DNA of 64,000 nucleotides from Candidatus Babeliales bacterium (GTDB lineage Bacteria; Babelota; Babeliae; Babelales; JBFXEV01): NCBI GenBank assembly GCA_050179755.1, contig JBFXEV010000001.1, positions 1,225,994 to 1,289,993 of the forward strand, read 5' to 3'. Shown piece by piece: positions 59,719 to 64,000 of this stretch (position 1 is its first letter; each line of letters starts with the position of its first letter). The notes under the pieces were generated by a model. It saw only the letters and a program-made list of their open reading frames with translations, ran no database searches and was not told where the DNA came from. The position numbers and the translations under genes were made by a program.

Positions 59719-60444
59719 CTAGGCGCACACCATCGCTCTTTCTTTGCTATTTTCTTTTGCACCGCCAGCCGCTTCAGCCTTTTCAGATGTCATAATAGTT
59801 ATTATTCCTTCCACAAGCGAATTTATTGAATGAGAAATAATTGCCGGCGGCACCCACCAGTTATGCCACAGCCATACAAAAAAGCTATCTTCACCCTGAT
59901 ATGTTTGATCAAGTAATTCAATAATTTCGCGCGCAATAGAATCAAGCAATGCAAGCAGCTCTCGAATTGGCAATGCAGCAATGAGCCGATATAATTCAAG
60001 CATCTGTGCAACTGTCACGCGCATGGTAGAACGTTGCAATTGGCTAAGCATGGTACTATATAAATGCATATCAAGAAAGGCTACTTCTTTGCACAATAAC
60101 TGATCTTCCGGAGATTGGGTATATGACTTTTTAAAGTGATGCCAAACTCTAAAAAATGGATCGAGGCTTTGCTCACGCTCCATATCATTAAAACAAGTTA
60201 TCATGACCGGATGTGTAACTTGCACTACCGAGCGCAATAGGCTCATATCAAATGCATGTTTACGCGCAGTTTTTACCGCACATCGCTTACTCGTTTGATA
60301 CCACGATTCCACGTTGGTCATATGTTCATCTAAACGAGCAACAACTTCTTGCACATCAAAATCTTCATTTACCGTTACCAGAGCAGGATCCATCGCACAC
60401 AATTTTGCACCAATAAGTACTATCATAAGCGTAAGATGTTTCAT
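59719..60444 (-). CDS. Secreted hypothetical protein, single copy of the 30007/31013 repeat
   Basis: Start re-placed at MKHLTL (SD AGGAG); ..LCA|MD; HPVMITC..SLDPFFRVW; WWVPP. Confidence 0.75.
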   Translation of the reverse strand: MKHLTLMIVLIGAKLCAMDPALVTVNEDFDVQEVVARLDEHMTNVESWYQTSKRCAVKTARKHAFDMSLLRSVVQVTHPVMITCFNDMEREQSLDPFFRVWHHFKKSYTQSPEDQLLCKEVAFLDMHLYSTMLSQLQRSTMRVTVAQMLELYRLIAALPIRELLALLDSIAREIIELLDQTYQGEDSFFVWLWHNWWVPPAIISHSINSLVEGIITIMTSEKAEAAGGAKENSKERAMVCA

Positions 60445-60590
60445 AGTAAGCTCCTTTGCACTAAGCATCTAAATTCCATCTTAGTTGTAGCATAGGAATA
60501 TATCTGTTGAAAAGAGATGCCGCAATATTGCGTTTACCTGGCTTTTATACTACACTTTTTGCAAGTTCGTTTATTGCACAACAGGATTTT

Positions 60591-61850
60591 ATGCTTCACA
60601 GACGTATAACTAGTTTAGTTCTTGTTTTGTTTTTCAATCATCTGTATGGCATGCAGCCATACCAAGCACAAGTTGTTCACATTACGTCGCCCACAGGCGT
60701 AACACATTTTGATATGGCTACCAGTACATTTATTTCAAAAGACGGCGTACGCAGATTGAAAATGCCGCCACTTAAAATTACGGTTGAATTAAACCCTGAT
60801 ACGCGGCCCTACCCGCGTGTTTGCACAGATCAACCTCCACAGTTTCCTTTAAAGACGGCGCTTGCTTGGGATAAACCAGATGGGCTTATAGAGTATTACT
60901 CAAACTGGCGTGGTCTTCATTTAGTTTCAGATTATCAACAAAGTATAGCAGGTTCTTTAGAACAAGCTGCAAAATTTCCTGCCAAAAAGGTAACGGCAAT
61001 AATTGCCTTTCTTCTTACAAAATTAGATCCTCATTATATAGCACGTGTTGACTGCTTACTTGACGATGCTACAGATAATGATCACAGAGAACTTATCCGT
61101 TATATTGCAACACATTTTGCCTATCCTTACACCGCATGGGCTTTATACGACTCAATCAAAAGCCAAAATATAAAGCGCCTTGGTAGTTTACTGGCAGCTG
61201 GCGTATCTGTAGACAAAGGTCTTGGAGCAAAAGGACTATCCCAAACAATTATACATGATGACAAGGAATTTGCAGTGATTACTGAACATCTTGCACATTT
61301 TCCGTTACATCTTGCAGCAAATCTTGGTGCTGCTGAAGTGGTGCTTTTACTTCTTAAATACAATGCAAACGCCACGCGCCTTGATTGTTATAATAATCCG
61401 CCTGTTAAAGCTGCGTTATATGGATTTAAAGAACAAGAAAGTGAAGAAGTTGTTAGTAAAAGAATCTTTCTTATAAAAGAATTACTTAAGGCAATGCCAG
61501 CAGATAAGCGGCCACTCCCTCATGAAGCTGAATTGCTGCTAGTGCCTACAACAGTGCGAGCAAAAGTTAATGAAGTGTTTCAATCATTCTTACCGCCCGC
61601 ACCACCGCAAGTAAAAATGATTGAAGATTTCACACCTCAAGAATTAGCGCATTTTGAAAAAAATAAAAAAAGAATCTGTGCTGCTTCAACATTACTTACA
61701 GCACTTTGTACTGGTGCTTGCATAGTGATTTATGAAAAATGCTGCAAAGATGCTAATTCAGATGAAAAACCAACGCAATGGAAAGTTCCTCCTACTGCAA
61801 CAGCAAAAGGAAAAAGTAATGCTCATAAAAACCAGAGAAGAACTCAATAA
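60591..61850 (+). CDS. Secreted ankyrin protein with C-terminal TM
   Basis: Start re-placed at MLHRRI (AGGA upstream); ..LYG|MQ; FPLHLAA..LLLKYNANA; TM followed by EKCCK. Confidence 0.8.
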   Translation: MLHRRITSLVLVLFFNHLYGMQPYQAQVVHITSPTGVTHFDMATSTFISKDGVRRLKMPPLKITVELNPDTRPYPRVCTDQPPQFPLKTALAWDKPDGLIEYYSNWRGLHLVSDYQQSIAGSLEQAAKFPAKKVTAIIAFLLTKLDPHYIARVDCLLDDATDNDHRELIRYIATHFAYPYTAWALYDSIKSQNIKRLGSLLAAGVSVDKGLGAKGLSQTIIHDDKEFAVITEHLAHFPLHLAANLGAAEVVLLLLKYNANATRLDCYNNPPVKAALYGFKEQESEEVVSKRIFLIKELLKAMPADKRPLPHEAELLLVPTTVRAKVNEVFQSFLPPAPPQVKMIEDFTPQELAHFEKNKKRICAASTLLTALCTGACIVIYEKCCKDANSDEKPTQWKVPPTATAKGKSNAHKNQRRTQ

Positions 61851-61873
61851 ACATTCATTTTAAAAGGGATATT

Positions 61874-63076
61874 ATGTACAACGTTGCTTTTTTTCTTGTA
61901 TGCACCGCATATAGCTCCTTCTCATATGCTATGGTGCAGCAAGCACCACCGCAACCATTTAATGCGCCTATTGAAGTATCTATGGGCCATACTGTGCGCT
62001 TACGCGGCGGTGCTACTCCACTTTCTATTTTAGAATCTGAGCGGGTAGCCAAAATACAAGACCCACGCAAAAATTTAAAAAAATGCCTGAGAACAAGCGA
62101 GCGCGCGTTAAAGCATCGTGCTATTAATGCAATAGAGCAAGACGCAACAAGTGAGCTTTCTGATTATTTAAATTCATGGACTAGCTGGGTGCTTCCCTGG
62201 GACTATTATCATGAGGAAGTGGCTCTCTTACTTACCCATGCTGCACAAAAGCCTCACGCACAAACAGAAAACTGCTTAGCACTTTTACTGCAAAAGGTTC
62301 GCGTGCAAGATCTACCGCAACCTGATTGCTTATTAAAAAATGCATTAGATAATAAGCATGTGCCCCTAACAGCCTATTTATATAAACATTTTCCTGAAAT
62401 TGCACGCTGGGAACTTATAGATGCAATAACTCATCAACAAGATGCTCATCTTACTACATTGCTCCAGGCTGGCGTTGACCCAAATGTTGGCGTGGGCCCG
62501 CATGAAAAAGAGGTTATTGCGGTTGAAGAGAGCGGCGAAGTTGCTTTGCATCATGGCATACAATATCCATTACATATGGCTGCATATCGTGCTCACTATA
62601 ATGCGGTGGGGATTCTTTTAGAACATGGTGCAAGCGCAACGCTACGCACACGCGTTGATAATTATAGCCCATTTGATATTGCCATACGAGGTTTTGAAAA
62701 ATTAGATTCTGTTACTGGTCCCGATACAGAAGATACACAGCAAGCTCGGCTTTTTGTAATACGCATGCTTCTTAACGCTTTACCAGATCACGAAGTACCT
62801 TGCCTTGCCTATACGCGAGCAAGAATTACAAAACTACCTAATAAGTTGCAAACTAAAATTTTACAAGTGGTGCAAGAAAGGCTTATGCCACGACCATGCA
62901 TAATGAGCGACGATGCTCCCCGTAACGCACACTTAGAGCAATCTAATGAATACTGCTTTGGTTTTACACTCATGGGTTGCGCATGGGCCTTAGGACTTGC
63001 AGCAAGTCTTTACACAAACCGTGAAGGCTTAATTGATGAGTGGGAAAAATCGAAAATGAACAAAAAAAGTGAGTAA
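61874..63076 (+). CDS. Secreted ankyrin protein with C-terminal TM (paralogue of 60591)
   Basis: ..SYA|MV; LLQAGVDPN, YPLHMAA..LLEHGASA; C-terminal hydrophobic segment and basic tail. Confidence 0.82.
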   Translation: MYNVAFFLVCTAYSSFSYAMVQQAPPQPFNAPIEVSMGHTVRLRGGATPLSILESERVAKIQDPRKNLKKCLRTSERALKHRAINAIEQDATSELSDYLNSWTSWVLPWDYYHEEVALLLTHAAQKPHAQTENCLALLLQKVRVQDLPQPDCLLKNALDNKHVPLTAYLYKHFPEIARWELIDAITHQQDAHLTTLLQAGVDPNVGVGPHEKEVIAVEESGEVALHHGIQYPLHMAAYRAHYNAVGILLEHGASATLRTRVDNYSPFDIAIRGFEKLDSVTGPDTEDTQQARLFVIRMLLNALPDHEVPCLAYTRARITKLPNKLQTKILQVVQERLMPRPCIMSDDAPRNAHLEQSNEYCFGFTLMGCAWALGLAASLYTNREGLIDEWEKSKMNKKSE

Positions 63077-63090
63077 GAAAGTAATTAATC

Positions 63091-64000
63091 ATGCACATTG
63101 ATGCACTGTATGGGCAAATATCGCAAGCGGTGAGATGGAATGCATTTTCTTACACCGTTTTTAAAATAACAAGTACCATACTCACTTTTGTGCTTTTTAA
63201 GCAACTTTCAACAAGCGATTTTGCTTTATGGACCGGCATTAATAGCTTGGTATACCTTATATTACTTTGGGCAGATATGGGTATGCGTAAAACCATACCC
63301 ACTTTTTTGCCCCAAATTAAGGATAGTAACCGTAAAACATTTATTTATATAATCATTGGTCTCTATTTTGCCGTATTAAACATCACATGCCCCCTTGCGC
63401 TTGCTTTTGTAGGAAGCTATGCAGAACAGGTTCATTTACCTATAAATAGCGAACTACTATTTGCAAGTGGCCTTCTTTATTTCGGACATGGCCTTGAAAT
63501 GCTCTTTCAAACAATTTTCCACGCTTATTTATGGCATAGAGTATATAATATGCTACTTGCGGTGATACAAGTTAGTTACATGCTTATGGTAATGGGCGCT
63601 GTATATATATGGCCCTCATCTGCTGATACCGTATTTTATATAGTGCTTGGCAAAGGAATTGCAAGTATTATATGCGTGCTCATTGGATGGCTTTTTTTGG
63701 TGAAAAAATTAAAAAACACACATGCTACCGGCACGAGCCCCATCTCAAAAAAATTTATGCATCAATTCCTCAAACATGCAGGGCTTATGTGGCTTGCTAC
63801 CATATGCAAAAGTTTTTCAGAACGTAATGTAACCGTACCATTGGTTACCTATGCGCTCGGGCCACTGCTTGGTAATATTTTTAAAGTTGCCCAAGAGGCT
63901 GCTTTGCTTTTTCAGCGCATTGTATTTAGAACTATTGGCACTACCGATACTTCACTTTTTGCCTATGTTAAAAATGAATCTGACATTGCAAAAAATGACC
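63091..64000 (+). CDS. Polysaccharide flippase-like (Wzx/MOP) membrane protein, partial; not in ORF track
   Basis: MHIDALYGQISQAVRWNAFSYTVFKITSTILTFVLFKQLSTSDFALW..LLWADMGMRKTIP..; multi-TM; appears open to the window end. Confidence 0.65.
   Translation, partial: MHIDALYGQISQAVRWNAFSYTVFKITSTILTFVLFKQLSTSDFALWTGINSLVYLILLWADMGMRKTIPTFLPQIKDSNRKTFIYIIIGLYFAVLNITCPLALAFVGSYAEQVHLPINSELLFASGLLYFGHGLEMLFQTIFHAYLWHRVYNMLLAVIQVSYMLMVMGAVYIWPSSADTVFYIVLGKGIASIICVLIGWLFLVKKLKNTHATGTSPISKKFMHQFLKHAGLMWLATICKSFSERNVTVPLVTYALGPLLGNIFKVAQEAALLFQRIVFRTIGTTDTSLFAYVKNESDIAKND

Noticed and set aside
1..64000. tRNA, rRNA, tmRNA or known riboswitch
   Set aside because: No cloverleaf/T-loop or rRNA signature recognised by eye; tRNAscan-SE and Rfam scans would be decisive.

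Overview
64 kb of a low-GC bacterial chromosome. The gene content suggests an intracellular parasite of protists, most like Candidatus Dependentiae/Babeliae (TM6); this is inferred, not from a database search. Housekeeping blocks are ruvC; dnaN-recF; xerD; proS; and carD-miaA-SPOR-ppiD-recA-infC-rpmI-rplT-zapB-zapA-rny-ymdB. They are interleaved with 13 ankyrin-repeat genes and many orphan genes with signal peptides. The strongest unexplained pattern is a putative effector export code. All 13 ankyrin proteins and about 9 orphans have a Sec-type signal peptide whose predicted cleavage exposes a Met (..A|M, ..G|M, ..C|M), while the exported bacterial-type enzymes do not. Several of these proteins also carry eukaryotic sorting or degradation motifs: CaaX boxes dual-coded with the next gene's start codon, a bipartite NLS, C-terminal F-box-like helices, LRRASL, and CC clusters beside membrane segments. 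Other notable items are a secreted Nudix-like/NADAR/macro-like fusion, a vanadium haloperoxidase, an Lpd-family flavoprotein lacking the redox cysteines, a new helical repeat family, a MITE family with a nested REP-like unit, a candidate anti-SD sRNA, and an apparently exact 699-bp tandem duplication. No rRNA, tRNA or CRISPR array was seen.
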